Of a DNA stretch of 64,000 bases, positions 9,019 through 18,330 are shown one piece after another. The position numbers were made by a program, and so were the translations under genes. The notes below the pieces were generated by a model that was not told where the DNA came from, ran no database searches, and saw only the letters and a program-made list of their open reading frames with translations. Source of the stretch: Gemmatimonadales bacterium (GTDB lineage Bacteria; Gemmatimonadota; Gemmatimonadetes; Gemmatimonadales; GWC2-71-9); NCBI GenBank assembly GCA_039794085.1, contig JBDIWC010000007.1:50676-114675 (forward strand), written 5' to 3'. Each line of letters begins with the position of its first letter. The first letter of the stretch is position 1.

Positions 9019-10513
9019 TCAGGGCGACGCGGGAACGAGGGGGGGGGGGGGCGGGCCGGTCGAGGCGCTGCTCCTCGTGATACTCGAAGTCGGTGTTGAC
9101 CTCCCAGACGTCGTGGGCGGCGCCGAACATGTTCCAGACGGCCATCATCGCCGTGAGCATCGAGTGGTCCTGGTTGTTGTACTTGTGCATCCCGTTCCGG
9201 CCCACGGTGTGCAGGTTGGGAATCGGATCGATGAACCCGCGGATGGTGTCGAGATGTCCGCGATACGCGGCGTCATAAATCGGATAGGCCTTGGGCATGC
9301 GGATCACGGTGCCGTCTCTCACCCGGGAAGCGGTGGCGATGCCCAACGCATCGAGTTCCCGGGTGGCAAGCGCCACAAGGTCGGCATCGGAGGTGGTCCA
9401 GAGGCCGTCTCCCTCGAAGCAGAAGTACTCCATGCCGAGACAGGTCATCCCCGGTTCCGGAATCATGGCCCGGCTCCAGTTGTTGAAGTTCTGGATCCGC
9501 CCCACCTGGACTCCCGGGGTGTGGATGTAGATCCAGTTGTCGGGGAAGAGATTGTCCCCTTCGAGCATGAGAGCCACCACCAGGAAGTCCCGGTAGCCGA
9601 GCCCCCGGGCCGCGGCCTGCACCGGGGCGGGCACGGCGGGCGCGAAGGAGTGTACCAGCTCCCGCACCGGCATGGTGGAAATCACATGGCGCGCCGGGAA
9701 GAGTTGTTCCCCGCCCTCCGCGTTCCGGGCCCGGACTCCCGTCACCCGTCCCTCCTCCAGTTCGAGGGCGGTGACCGGGTGCCGGAGGAGAACCGGGTTC
9801 CCCATCTCCACGATCCGGTCCCGGCAGGTCTCCCACATCTGCCCCGGACCGAGTCGGGGGTACTGGAACTCATGAATCAACGTCTTGATCGCCGTGCTAC
9901 GCCGGTTGAGCGAGGTGGCAGAGAGGATCGCCCGGGCGAGCGAGAGCCCCTGGATCCGCTGGGCCGCCCACTCCGCCCGGATCTCGGTGCAGGGCATGCC
10001 CCAGACCTTCTCGGTGTAGGTCTTGAAGAAGATCTCGAAGAGCCGCTTCCCGAACCGATTGGTGACCCACTGTTCGAAGTTTTCCTCCACCGGGTGGGGA
10101 CGCCAGTGCCAGCGGAGGTAGCTCAGCACCATCCGCACGGCCTCGATCACGCCGAGCCCTCGAAGCGCGTTGCCGGCCTTGAGGGGATAGTCGAAATACT
10201 TCCCATCGTAGAGAATCCGGGACATGCGCGGCACGGAGATGAACTCGTCCCCCAGAATCTCGTTCCAGAGGTTGAGCACCGGAGTGATCTTGGTGAAGAA
10301 GCGATGCCCCCCGATATCGAAGCGGTATCCCTTGTATCGCGCGGTGCGGGAGATGCCTCCGACCATGTCGTCGGCCTCGAGCACGGTGACGGGATATCCG
10401 TCGCGGGACAGGAGATAGGCTGCGGTGAGCCCCGCAGGACCCGCACCGACCACCACGACCGGATCTCCCGGCCGGATCGGATCGACTTCCCGTGGATGCG
10501 TCGTGATTCCCAT
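9019..10513 (-). CDS. FAD-dependent oxidoreductase (protoporphyrinogen oxidase/UDP-galactopyranose mutase-like superfamily); 3' end frameshifted at a C13 run
   Basis: VVGAGPAGL, FDIGGHRFF, PKAYPIY and GRNGMHKYNNQDHSM motifs. ATG 10513 has a purine-rich RBS. Removing one base of the run at 9039-9051 gives a TGA at 9021-9019. Confidence 0.85.
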
Positions 10514-10524
10514 TCCTGTCCCCT

Positions 10525-11442
10525 TCAACAGACCTGAGAGAGAGCGGTGCCGGGCCCGCACCAGAATCCCACCATTTCACCCGCCGCCCACCCGAGGGCG
10601 AAGAGCGCCAGGAGGGGCAGTGACCGGAGCAACTCGCGGCGGTGGCGGCCTTTGTTCCAGATGGTCCTGACAATCCGCAAATAGAGTACCGGAGGGAGGG
10701 CCACCCGGGCCGCGCCGGCCACAAAGCGGGCCGCGACAGGGGTTCCCGAGGCCCGGACACCCGCCCAGGCCCGGGAATAGAGGTATCGCTGCGACAGGTA
10801 CTCTCCCACAGAGTAGTGTTTCTTGTGGCCGACACGAATCTCGGGATGGGAGACCAGTACGACACCGCCTCGCTGCATGGCCGCGTGGAGGTGATCCTCC
10901 CACCGACCGGCTCGCCAGGCCTCGCGGTGGGCGAGCAGGAGTTCCCGGTCGTAGCTGGTGTTGTTTCCGGTGATCCCCGGCACCGGCCCCGCCGGAAGGG
11001 GGGGGATCAGGTGATGGTACTCGCAGAGAAATGCGGCCCAGTCCACCAGGCGCTCGGTGGCCGCATTCTCCACGGCGCCGCCCACCACCTGTTCCCCCCG
11101 GGCGTGCGCCTCGAGGTGGGCGCGGGCCCACCCGGGCGGCACGATCACGTGGTCCTCGATCACGGCCACCACGGGCGCCGTGGCCGCTTCGAAGGCGAGG
11201 GCGCGCAGATCGGGAATCGAGGTGTCCACCGGCGCGGCGAGGACCAGCACGGACGGGAACCGGCCCGCCACCTCACGCCGGAGTGCCTCACCGACCCGGT
11301 CCACCACCAGAATCTCCAGTGGCGTCCGACCCGATTCCTCCACCAGAGCAACCAGGCATCCCGCGAGATCACCCAGGCCATTGACCGAGGGCACCACGAC
11401 AGAGAGCTGGGCGCCGGAAGAACCCGTCACGGGCCCGGTCAT
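10525..11442 (-). CDS. Divergent GT2-fold glycosyltransferase
   Basis: LSVVVPS, VAVIEDH, VVGGAV and ITGNNTSY motifs; ATG 11442 overlaps the upstream TGA. Confidence 0.8.
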   Translation of the reverse strand: MTGPVTGSSGAQLSVVVPSVNGLGDLAGCLVALVEESGRTPLEILVVDRVGEALRREVAGRFPSVLVLAAPVDTSIPDLRALAFEAATAPVVAVIEDHVIVPPGWARAHLEAHARGEQVVGGAVENAATERLVDWAAFLCEYHHLIPPLPAGPVPGITGNNTSYDRELLLAHREAWRAGRWEDHLHAAMQRGGVVLVSHPEIRVGHKKHYSVGEYLSQRYLYSRAWAGVRASGTPVAARFVAGAARVALPPVLYLRIVRTIWNKGRHRRELLRSLPLLALFALGWAAGEMVGFWCGPGTALSQVC

Positions 11443-12329
11443 CCTGCTCGCACTGTGCGGTCGGCCGTGGCATACCCCACGAACTCTCCCGCCGACCAGG
11501 CGGAGAGGAACAGCATGGTCCAGGGGAGGGCGCGCACGAACTCCCGGGGTGCTCCCCGTCCCCCCCGCCTCGCCACCCGCAGCAGCAGGACCGCCGGGAG
11601 AACCAGAGCCATGAGGGCCCGGAGAATCCAATGCCCCCCCTCCTCGCTGAGCCGGGCCCGGGCGTAGGCACGGCCATGGTCAAACCGGTCCTTCACGAAG
11701 GGCGCCACGCCGTACGTCAGATCCTGAGCCACGACCGCATGTTCGATCCGGATCACCCGGTCGCCTCGGGCACGGAGCCGGTCGTGCACGACGTTTTCCC
11801 AGGCTCCCTCGCCCATCCACCGGGCCACGTCGTCCACGATCTCCGAGGTATAGAGCACGTTAGCTGCGGTGATCAGCCTCGGGTCGGTTCCCGCGCCTGG
11901 CGCCACCAGGCCGTACTCGGCAAACCAGGCGCCAAGGTCGACCCCTCGCTGCCGGTGGGTCGTGTCGACCGGGCCTCCCACAGCGGCGGCGGATCCGGAC
12001 GCAGCCAGAAGCCCGGCCAACCATCCCTCGCAGGCCAGGCAATGATCCTCGGTGAGGGCCACCCGCGCCCCCCTGCTCCGGGCCAGCCCCATCCCCCGTG
12101 CCCGGGGCACGCTCGGGGCCCCGTCCACGGGAACGAACACCGCCGAGGGCCAGTGGGGTGCCATTGCCTCTTCGAGCGGAGTTCCCCCCGAGTGGGCCAC
12201 GACGAGCTCGGCGCCATGGCGAGCCGCCTCCGGTGCCACCGAGCGAAGGCACGCCTCGAGACGCTCGGCGCTGCGTACGGAGGCAACGACCACGGAGATC
12301 CCCGTGCGCCGATCGGTCGACTCGATCAC
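11439..12329 (-). CDS. Divergent GT2-fold glycosyltransferase, paralog of 10525..11442
   Basis: ISVVVAS, VALTEDHC, AVGGPV and ITAANVLY motifs; GTG 12329 overlaps the upstream TGA. Confidence 0.8.
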   Translation of the reverse strand: MIESTDRRTGISVVVASVRSAERLEACLRSVAPEAARHGAELVVAHSGGTPLEEAMAPHWPSAVFVPVDGAPSVPRARGMGLARSRGARVALTEDHCLACEGWLAGLLAASGSAAAVGGPVDTTHRQRGVDLGAWFAEYGLVAPGAGTDPRLITAANVLYTSEIVDDVARWMGEGAWENVVHDRLRARGDRVIRIEHAVVAQDLTYGVAPFVKDRFDHGRAYARARLSEEGGHWILRALMALVLPAVLLLRVARRGGRGAPREFVRALPWTMLFLSAWSAGEFVGYATADRTVRAG

Positions 12330-12763
12330 CCGGTTTCCGGGGGCTCGGGCCTCTCCACCCCAGCGGACCGGAGCCGCTCCAGGAGATCGGCAGTGCGTGG
12401 AGGGCATGGCTCCCAGAGGGGGGGCAGGCCGAGATGAGAACCCCGGGCGGATCCGATCTCCCGGAACACCACCACATTGCCCACGGCCCGGGCCACCCCG
12501 CGCACCCGGGGGCAGAGCCCGGCATCCACCTCACCCTCGGGACATTCGACGACGCTCACCGGGCGAAGAACCCCCACCTGGGCGGGGAAGCGGTCGACAG
12601 GGACAATCACTTCCACGCCCGGTTGGGTTGCGAGATCCTCCAGGTGGGAGGTGACCGTGGTGGTCCACTCCACCGAAGTGGCATCGGTCAGCACAACGGA
12701 CAGGGAGGGTCGGGGCCACGGTACCGCATATGGCTCCGGGACCCCGGGCATCGGCTCAGTCAC
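12326..12763 (-). CDS. Hypothetical protein (145 aa), first gene of the leftward operon; weak GT2-like N-terminal strands
   Basis: Stop overlaps the next start (GTGA); PSLSVVL and VEVIVP segments. Confidence 0.55.
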   Translation of the reverse strand: MTEPMPGVPEPYAVPWPRPSLSVVLTDATSVEWTTTVTSHLEDLATQPGVEVIVPVDRFPAQVGVLRPVSVVECPEGEVDAGLCPRVRGVARAVGNVVVFREIGSARGSHLGLPPLWEPCPPRTADLLERLRSAGVERPEPPETG

Positions 12764-12869
12764 TGGTCACTCGCGGAAGCGGTCATGGAGATGGAGGGAG
12801 CCGGAGCAAGAGGGGTGCCGTCTTCAGGGAAAAAGGCGGCTCCCCAACCGTTGCTTGTTCACTACAGTT

Positions 12870-12889
12870 GTGTTGTATTATTGCAACAC
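12870..12889. promoter_or_regulatory. AT-rich imperfect palindrome in a divergent promoter region (candidate operator/enhancer)
   Basis: GTGTTGTATTATTGCAACAC between the divergent operons. Confidence 0.4.
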
Positions 12890-13005
12890 TGGGGTATTGT
12901 TCCATCAGTTCACCCCGACAGGTGGTGGGGCCCACGGCTTGCAGGCCGGATTGCCGGGAAGGCGCTTTCGCAATCGTTTCGGCGGTCTCACCCCGGGGGT
13001 CTTCC

Positions 13006-13926
13006 GTGGATCACGGCATCGCAGCATCACAACCCGGGTCGGAGCTGCACGACTGGGTTGCGCTCCTCCGGCCGTCCCACTGGGTCAAGAACGGATTCAT
13101 TCTGGCCCCCCTCCTCTTCTCCGGCAAGGCGGGAGACCTTGAGCTGGTGATCCGGACAGGACTCGGGGTTCTCCTCTTTGCCCTCCTGTCCAGCGGGGTC
13201 TACGCGATCAACGATGTGGTGGACCGGGAGGCGGACCGGGCCCATCCCGACAAGCGGCATCGTCCGGTGGCTCGGGGGGCCATCGCCCCGGGGAACGCCC
13301 TGGCGGCGGGCATCGGGCTGGTGGTCGCGGCGTTGGCGGGGGGAATGGCACTCGACACCGGCTTCGCCACCGTGGCCGCGGTATATCTGGGCCTGAACGT
13401 TCTCTATAGCCAATGGCTCAAGCAGGTCGTCCTGCTCGAGGTGTTCGTTCTCGCCGCCTTCTTTCTTCTTCGCCTGGAGGCGGGGGCCACTCTGATCGGA
13501 GTGATCCCGACGGTGTGGCTTCTCCTCTGTGGCGGCCTCCTGGCCCTCTTTCTCGGCTTTTCCAAGCGACGTCACGAGCTGACCCTGCTCGGAGACGGAT
13601 CGGCGGGCCATCGGGCGGTGCTGGGGGAGTACAGCCCCGCCCTGCTCGACCAGATCACGACGGTCCTGCTCAGCGCCACGGTGATTTCCTACATCATGTA
13701 CACCCTGGCATCGGACACGGCCTCGGTGGTTGGATCGAGCCGACTGACCTGGAGCACGGGGTTCGTGCTGTATGGCATGTTCCGGTTTCTCTATCTCGTG
13801 CACCGGCGCGAGGGCGGCAGTCCCGCCGAGACACTCTGGAGTGACCGTCCCCTCGCGGCAACCATCGCCCTCTGGGCGGTCTACTGTGGCTGGGTCATCT
13901 ATCGCGCGGCCCCGATGGCCTCCTGA
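13006..13926 (+). CDS. UbiA-family prenyltransferase, decaprenyl-phosphate phosphoribosyltransferase (DPPR synthase)-like
   Basis: LLRPSHWVKN, YAINDVVDREADRAHPDKRHRP, KRRHEL and GMFRFLYL motifs; start uncertain (GTG 13006). Confidence 0.88.
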   Translation: MDHGIAASQPGSELHDWVALLRPSHWVKNGFILAPLLFSGKAGDLELVIRTGLGVLLFALLSSGVYAINDVVDREADRAHPDKRHRPVARGAIAPGNALAAGIGLVVAALAGGMALDTGFATVAAVYLGLNVLYSQWLKQVVLLEVFVLAAFFLLRLEAGATLIGVIPTVWLLLCGGLLALFLGFSKRRHELTLLGDGSAGHRAVLGEYSPALLDQITTVLLSATVISYIMYTLASDTASVVGSSRLTWSTGFVLYGMFRFLYLVHRREGGSPAETLWSDRPLAATIALWAVYCGWVIYRAAPMAS

Positions 13927-13974
13927 CGACCGGCGGCGTGGCCCGTCAGCCTCCGGGCGCGCCCTTCACGGCCT

Positions 13975-14450
13975 CCGCGGTGACCCCACCCCACCCCGGA
14001 TTGAACCACGGAGAACACGGAGGACGCAGAGGGTTGGCGGCTCCCACGACACGCTCCTCGCCTCGCACGGCAGGCATCGGCAGGATGGGGGCCCTTCCAC
14101 CCCCCAAAAACAGAATCCGGATCTCGGCGCGCGAGGCGTGGAACGACGGACATCACACGGAGACCCTCCGCGTCCGCCGCGTTCTCTGCGGTGATTCCTT
14201 CCCACCTTCCCCCTCGCCGACCCCCGGGCCTCGGCAGGATGAGGGGCCTTCCACCCCCCAACGACAAGACCAGGGCCTGGTGCGCACCCCCCGCCCCTCC
14301 CCGGTTTGAACCACAGAGAACACAGAGGACACAGAGGGTTGACGGCTCGCACGACACCTTCCTCGTCTCGCGCGGCAGGCATCGGCAGGATGGGGGGCCC
14401 TTCCACCCCCCAAAAACAGAATCCGGATCTCGGCGCGCGAGGCGTGGAAC
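13975..14450. repeat. Mosaic intergenic repeat array (3 cores of GGCATCGGCAGGATGGGGGCCCTTCCACCCCCCAA..., period ~150 bp); same family as 62640-64000
   Basis: Cores at ~14073, 14227 and 14378, separated by ACCACAGAGAACAC.GAG modules or their reverse complement. Confidence 0.85.
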
Positions 14451-14454
14451 GATT

Positions 14455-14558
14455 CTTTCGCGTCTTCGCGTCTTCGCGTGAACCATTGGAGAACCTGCCT
14501 TCTCGGCACCCTTCTCACTCCTCACTCCTCTCCCTTCACTCCTCGCTCCTCACTTCTC
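14455..14558. repeat. Short tandem repeats: (CTTCGCGT)x3 and a degenerate CTCACTC heptamer run
   Basis: ctttcgcgtcttcgcgtcttcgcgtg at 14456-14480; cttctcactcctcactcctctcccttcactcctcgctcctcacttctc at 14511-14558. Confidence 0.75.
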
Positions 14559-15242
14559 GCAGACGTACAGAACGTGGGGATACGGCAGGATGTCCGGCAT
14601 GGGATAGACCTGGACCGAAAACCCCGCCTGCTGCAGCGCCGTGCGCAGCTCGTCCACCGGCCAGTAATAGAGCGGCTCGTCCCATCCCACCATCACCCGG
14701 TCGGTGATCCAGCTGACCCAGCGCTTGTACGCGGGAGTGTGGTCCACATCCTTGATGATGAAGCGCCCGCCCGGCTGCAGGCGCTCGTGAATGCCCTGGA
14801 GGAACCGGGGAACGGCCCCGCGCGGGAGATGGTGAATGATGTCGATGGCGTAGGCTGCGTCGAACAACCGATCCAGAGTGAGGTGAGCCGCGTCACCCAC
14901 GGAGAACCGGACGTTGGGCAGCCCCAGGGACTCCGCCGCGGAACGGGCGGTCGTGACCCGCCGCTCGTCCAGGTCATACCCGTGGATGACCCGCTCCGGG
15001 TGCATGCGGGAGAAGTAGAGCCCGGACAGGCCAAACCCGCAGCCGATCTCCAGCACGTCCCCCCGCTCGGGCAGGTACTCTCCGATGACATCCAGAAATC
15101 TCGGGCCCATGATGAGAAGACGAATGCGGCAATACATCCGCAGGATCGGAGAGGGGAAGGCCCGCACCATACGGCGGAGGACCTGCCGTTGCGGGACAGC
15201 CGGGAGTCGGGACCCCTCGACCTGCGAAGCGGGGGAATTCAT
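14550..15242 (-). CDS. Class I SAM-dependent methyltransferase
   Basis: VLEIGCGFG, GYDLD, IDIIHHL and LQPGGRF motifs; ATG 15242 overlaps the upstream TGA. Confidence 0.88.
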   Translation of the reverse strand: MNSPASQVEGSRLPAVPQRQVLRRMVRAFPSPILRMYCRIRLLIMGPRFLDVIGEYLPERGDVLEIGCGFGLSGLYFSRMHPERVIHGYDLDERRVTTARSAAESLGLPNVRFSVGDAAHLTLDRLFDAAYAIDIIHHLPRGAVPRFLQGIHERLQPGGRFIIKDVDHTPAYKRWVSWITDRVMVGWDEPLYYWPVDELRTALQQAGFSVQVYPMPDILPYPHVLYVCEK

Positions 15243-16864
15243 CGCGGGAGTCCGGGGTACGGCTTCATCGTGTTGCCCTCGAGCTCGAGGATGGTCCAGC
15301 GACCCAGGCTCACCCGTGGGGTCCCGCGAGTCAGAGCGGCCCGCGCCGCAGTGCCCTCGGGCAGCAGCACCCACCGGACGCCGTACTCCGACAGAAACTC
15401 GTTCGCCTCGGCGGCGTCCATCCGGCCCGCGTAGAAATCGTCGGAGAGTCGCGACTGCTCCTCGAAGGTGATGCTGAAGAGCCGGTTTCCGGCAAAGCTG
15501 TGCATCGGCACGGTCGAAAACCAGGTGGCCCGGTCCACCGGGGCCAACACGAGATCGGTGTGCCTGGCATTCTCCGCCAGCCAGTCACGGACCGCGACGT
15601 CGTCCTCGGCCATCAGACTGGTGAAGAGCCGCTCGGGGACGGCCGCGCGGCCGTCCTTCCAGGATTGCCGGTAGTACGCCGCGTAGGCGCTCACCGACAG
15701 CAGGACCAGCGTGACCAGTGCAGCCCTTCCGAGGCGGCGGTGCCGGGCCCAGAGACGCCCGACCGCGGGCGTTTGCCCCAGTTGTCGCACCAGCAGCATC
15801 GCGACGCCGTAGTGGAATCCGTCCAGAAAGTGCTGGGTCCACGGGATGAAGGGCAGATAGATCCCGATCAGGGCACAGGCGATCCAGCTCTGGAGGAGCA
15901 GGTCTGTGGGTGACGTCATCCTGCGGCGCACGACCAAGAGGAGACACGCCAGAGTGGCGGGCACGCCGAGGATGGCTGGAAGGAGGAGCGGAGGGGGGGG
16001 ATCCCACCGGGTGATCGCTGCGGCGTCCCTCACCCAGGGATGCATCAGGGCGAGGGCCGCCATCGGCACAATACCCAGACCCCCCAGGAGGTTCAGGACA
16101 GCCACCTCCGGAACGGATCGCCGCCACCGGGCGCCCCGCCAGATCAGCAGGGCGAGTGACCCCGCCGCCAGTATCAGGAAGGGCTCGTAGGGGTGGACCA
16201 ATCCGCAGAGTACCACCGAGACCCCGGCACCGACCAGATATCGCCTCTTCTCCGTCTCCATGTACGCCGCCAGGAAGGCGAACGATGCGAGAGTGGCCAC
16301 GGTGCCGTAGGTGACGAGGATGCTGCCGGCGATCCCGTGAAGGAACCCGTCGGAGGTGTACCAGACGAAGAATCCCAGACCCGGGAGCGGCGGCACCCCC
16401 AGCGCCTCGAGCGGCAGCAGGAGCGACGGGAGGACCAGCAGGCTGGGAATCGGAATGGCGAGCACCATGACTCCGAGCGCCATCCACCGTTCCCTCGGCG
16501 TTTTCAGAAAGAATCCCAGGGCGGCGGACAGGGCATAGGCGGCCAGGACATAGAGCCCGAGGTGGGCGAGCAACCACCCCCAGGCGAGGGGAATGCCCGC
16601 GAACTGGGAGGACCGCGCCACCAGAAGGAGGAACGGTTTGAAGACGGCGGGTTCGGTCAGCCAGGGCGCCTGGAAGTTGGGGTGGAGCACCCGGCTCTCA
16701 CTGGAACGAAGCCACGACTCGTAGATCGAGTTGTCGGTGGCGTTCACGCGCAGCAGGTGCACGGAGCCCTCCGGGGTCTCGAGCCCGCCGCTCAGCACGG
16801 CAAGGTTGTTGAGTGTGAACAGCGCCAGGGCCAGGGCCAGGGGCAGAAGGCGTCGGATCAACAC
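15239..16864 (-). CDS. Multi-pass membrane protein, probable GT-C-fold glycosyltransferase
   Basis: About 11-13 TM segments, an acidic first loop (TDNSIY) and a soluble C-terminal domain (FLSEYGVRWVLL); operon context. Confidence 0.6.
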   Translation of the reverse strand: MLIRRLLPLALALALFTLNNLAVLSGGLETPEGSVHLLRVNATDNSIYESWLRSSESRVLHPNFQAPWLTEPAVFKPFLLLVARSSQFAGIPLAWGWLLAHLGLYVLAAYALSAALGFFLKTPRERWMALGVMVLAIPIPSLLVLPSLLLPLEALGVPPLPGLGFFVWYTSDGFLHGIAGSILVTYGTVATLASFAFLAAYMETEKRRYLVGAGVSVVLCGLVHPYEPFLILAAGSLALLIWRGARWRRSVPEVAVLNLLGGLGIVPMAALALMHPWVRDAAAITRWDPPPPLLLPAILGVPATLACLLLVVRRRMTSPTDLLLQSWIACALIGIYLPFIPWTQHFLDGFHYGVAMLLVRQLGQTPAVGRLWARHRRLGRAALVTLVLLSVSAYAAYYRQSWKDGRAAVPERLFTSLMAEDDVAVRDWLAENARHTDLVLAPVDRATWFSTVPMHSFAGNRLFSITFEEQSRLSDDFYAGRMDAAEANEFLSEYGVRWVLLPEGTAARAALTRGTPRVSLGRWTILELEGNTMKPYPGLPR

Positions 16865-18330
16865 GGGTCGCCCTCCCTCCCCGGCCTCGCCGGATCACGA
16901 GTCAGCGCCGCTTGATAGTGCACCGACCATCCCCGGAGCGGGCTCCGTTCCAGCGCCGCCTCGACGCGGAGAAGCGGGGCGAGCAGGGCTCGGGGGAGAA
17001 AGTCGGGAAGGAAGGTGAAATAGGCCAGGTCCGACAGGGTGAATCCCTCCGTGGCGCGCCACTGCCGCGGGGCGATCCACCACTCGGTGCCATCGTCGAT
17101 GGTGCGGAGCAACGGGAAAAGGTAGCCCATGTAGAACCGGAAGAGCGGGTTGCGGGGGTTGCTCTCCTGCACGATGAGACGGCCTCCCGGCCGGAGCACC
17201 CGATGCACCTCGGCCACCGCCCGGGCCTGGGCCCGCGGATCGCCCACGTGATGCAGCACCCCGACGGTGTACACGAAGTCGAACGTCCGGCTCCGGAATG
17301 GAAGGGCGAGGGCGCTCCCGGCCGCGGCCCCTCCGTCTCCCACCCTCCCTTGCCGCAGGAGCGCCCGCGCCGGATCCACTCCGATCACCCGGAACCCGGC
17401 TTCGCGCAGGGCGAGCCGCTGGCGTCCGAGCCCGCATCCCAGGTCGAGGCCGAGGGGGCTCTCCGGGGCGCACTCCGAGGCGGCCCGCACCAGGTGGCCC
17501 ACCCGGCGCCGGAGGAGGAGGTCCCAGACGTGGCCGGCAAACTGGTCCAGGTACTCCCCGGCGATCTCATCGAAATGCACCGCCGCATCCACGGCGGGCC
17601 GGCGCCGGCGGGATCGGATCAGCCCCACTCCCGCGACAACCGCTCCTCCGAGCACCGCCAGCATCCAAGCCCCGGCCACGAGCCGCGTCACCCGCTCGGG
17701 CCCGCCGAGCTCGGCCACCGGGTTCAGGGCCAGGAGACCGGAAAGGAATCCGCTGCTCCCCGCGTCGACGAGAGACCGGAGGGGCAGCGGCACGCCGGTC
17801 ACCAGAGCCGTCACCCCCACAGCGCCAAGAGCCGGAAGCCACACCAGGAGCGAGATCCCCAGAGCTGCCCCCAGGGGAAGCGGCGTTCGGAACCGCTCGG
17901 CGGCGGGGGAGAATCGGTCGACGGGGTTCAAACGAAGCAGGATCCACAGCACGATCCAGAGCGCGACTCCTCCCGTCAGGACGGCGGCGACACTCGACCA
18001 GGAGCCAAGGGCGAGAGCGACCAGAACGGTGAGGGCCCCAACATCGAGGACCCGTTCGAGCACCCAGGCGGGGAGCACTCTCCTCCATCCCGGACCCGGA
18101 CTCCGGGCGCAGAGCCATCCGCGCAGGAGGGCCTCCCCCACCCCGAACGGGGTGAACCATCCGGGCAGCGCCGCGGCATACCGAACCAGACCCCAGCGGA
18201 TCGGGGTCCGCAGGTCGAACCGGCGGAGGAGCCATTGCCAGCGGAGAAACCGCAGGAACCCCCAGACCATCATGAGCCCGGCGGCCGCTGTCACTGCCAG
18301 CGGCGACTGCCACGACCCGGCAGTCATCAC
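16858..18330 (-). CDS. Fusion protein: LPG-synthase-TM/flippase-like (UPF0104) N-terminus plus class I SAM methyltransferase C-terminus
   Basis: N-terminal RWQWLL...TPFGVGEALLR...ERVLD; C-terminal GLDLGCGLG, FDFVYTVGVLHHV and LRPGG; GTG 18330 overlaps the upstream TGA. Confidence 0.75.
   Translation of the reverse strand: MMTAGSWQSPLAVTAAAGLMMVWGFLRFLRWQWLLRRFDLRTPIRWGLVRYAAALPGWFTPFGVGEALLRGWLCARSPGPGWRRVLPAWVLERVLDVGALTVLVALALGSWSSVAAVLTGGVALWIVLWILLRLNPVDRFSPAAERFRTPLPLGAALGISLLVWLPALGAVGVTALVTGVPLPLRSLVDAGSSGFLSGLLALNPVAELGGPERVTRLVAGAWMLAVLGGAVVAGVGLIRSRRRRPAVDAAVHFDEIAGEYLDQFAGHVWDLLLRRRVGHLVRAASECAPESPLGLDLGCGLGRQRLALREAGFRVIGVDPARALLRQGRVGDGGAAAGSALALPFRSRTFDFVYTVGVLHHVGDPRAQARAVAEVHRVLRPGGRLIVQESNPRNPLFRFYMGYLFPLLRTIDDGTEWWIAPRQWRATEGFTLSDLAYFTFLPDFLPRALLAPLLRVEAALERSPLRGWSVHYQAALTRDPARPGREGDPC

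Noticed and set aside
6602..10561. 1319-aa oxidoreductase-GT fusion protein from the ORF track
   Set aside because: The middle third is an out-of-frame read of the real GT 7846..9012 and arises from the G13 tract. Treated as separate genes.
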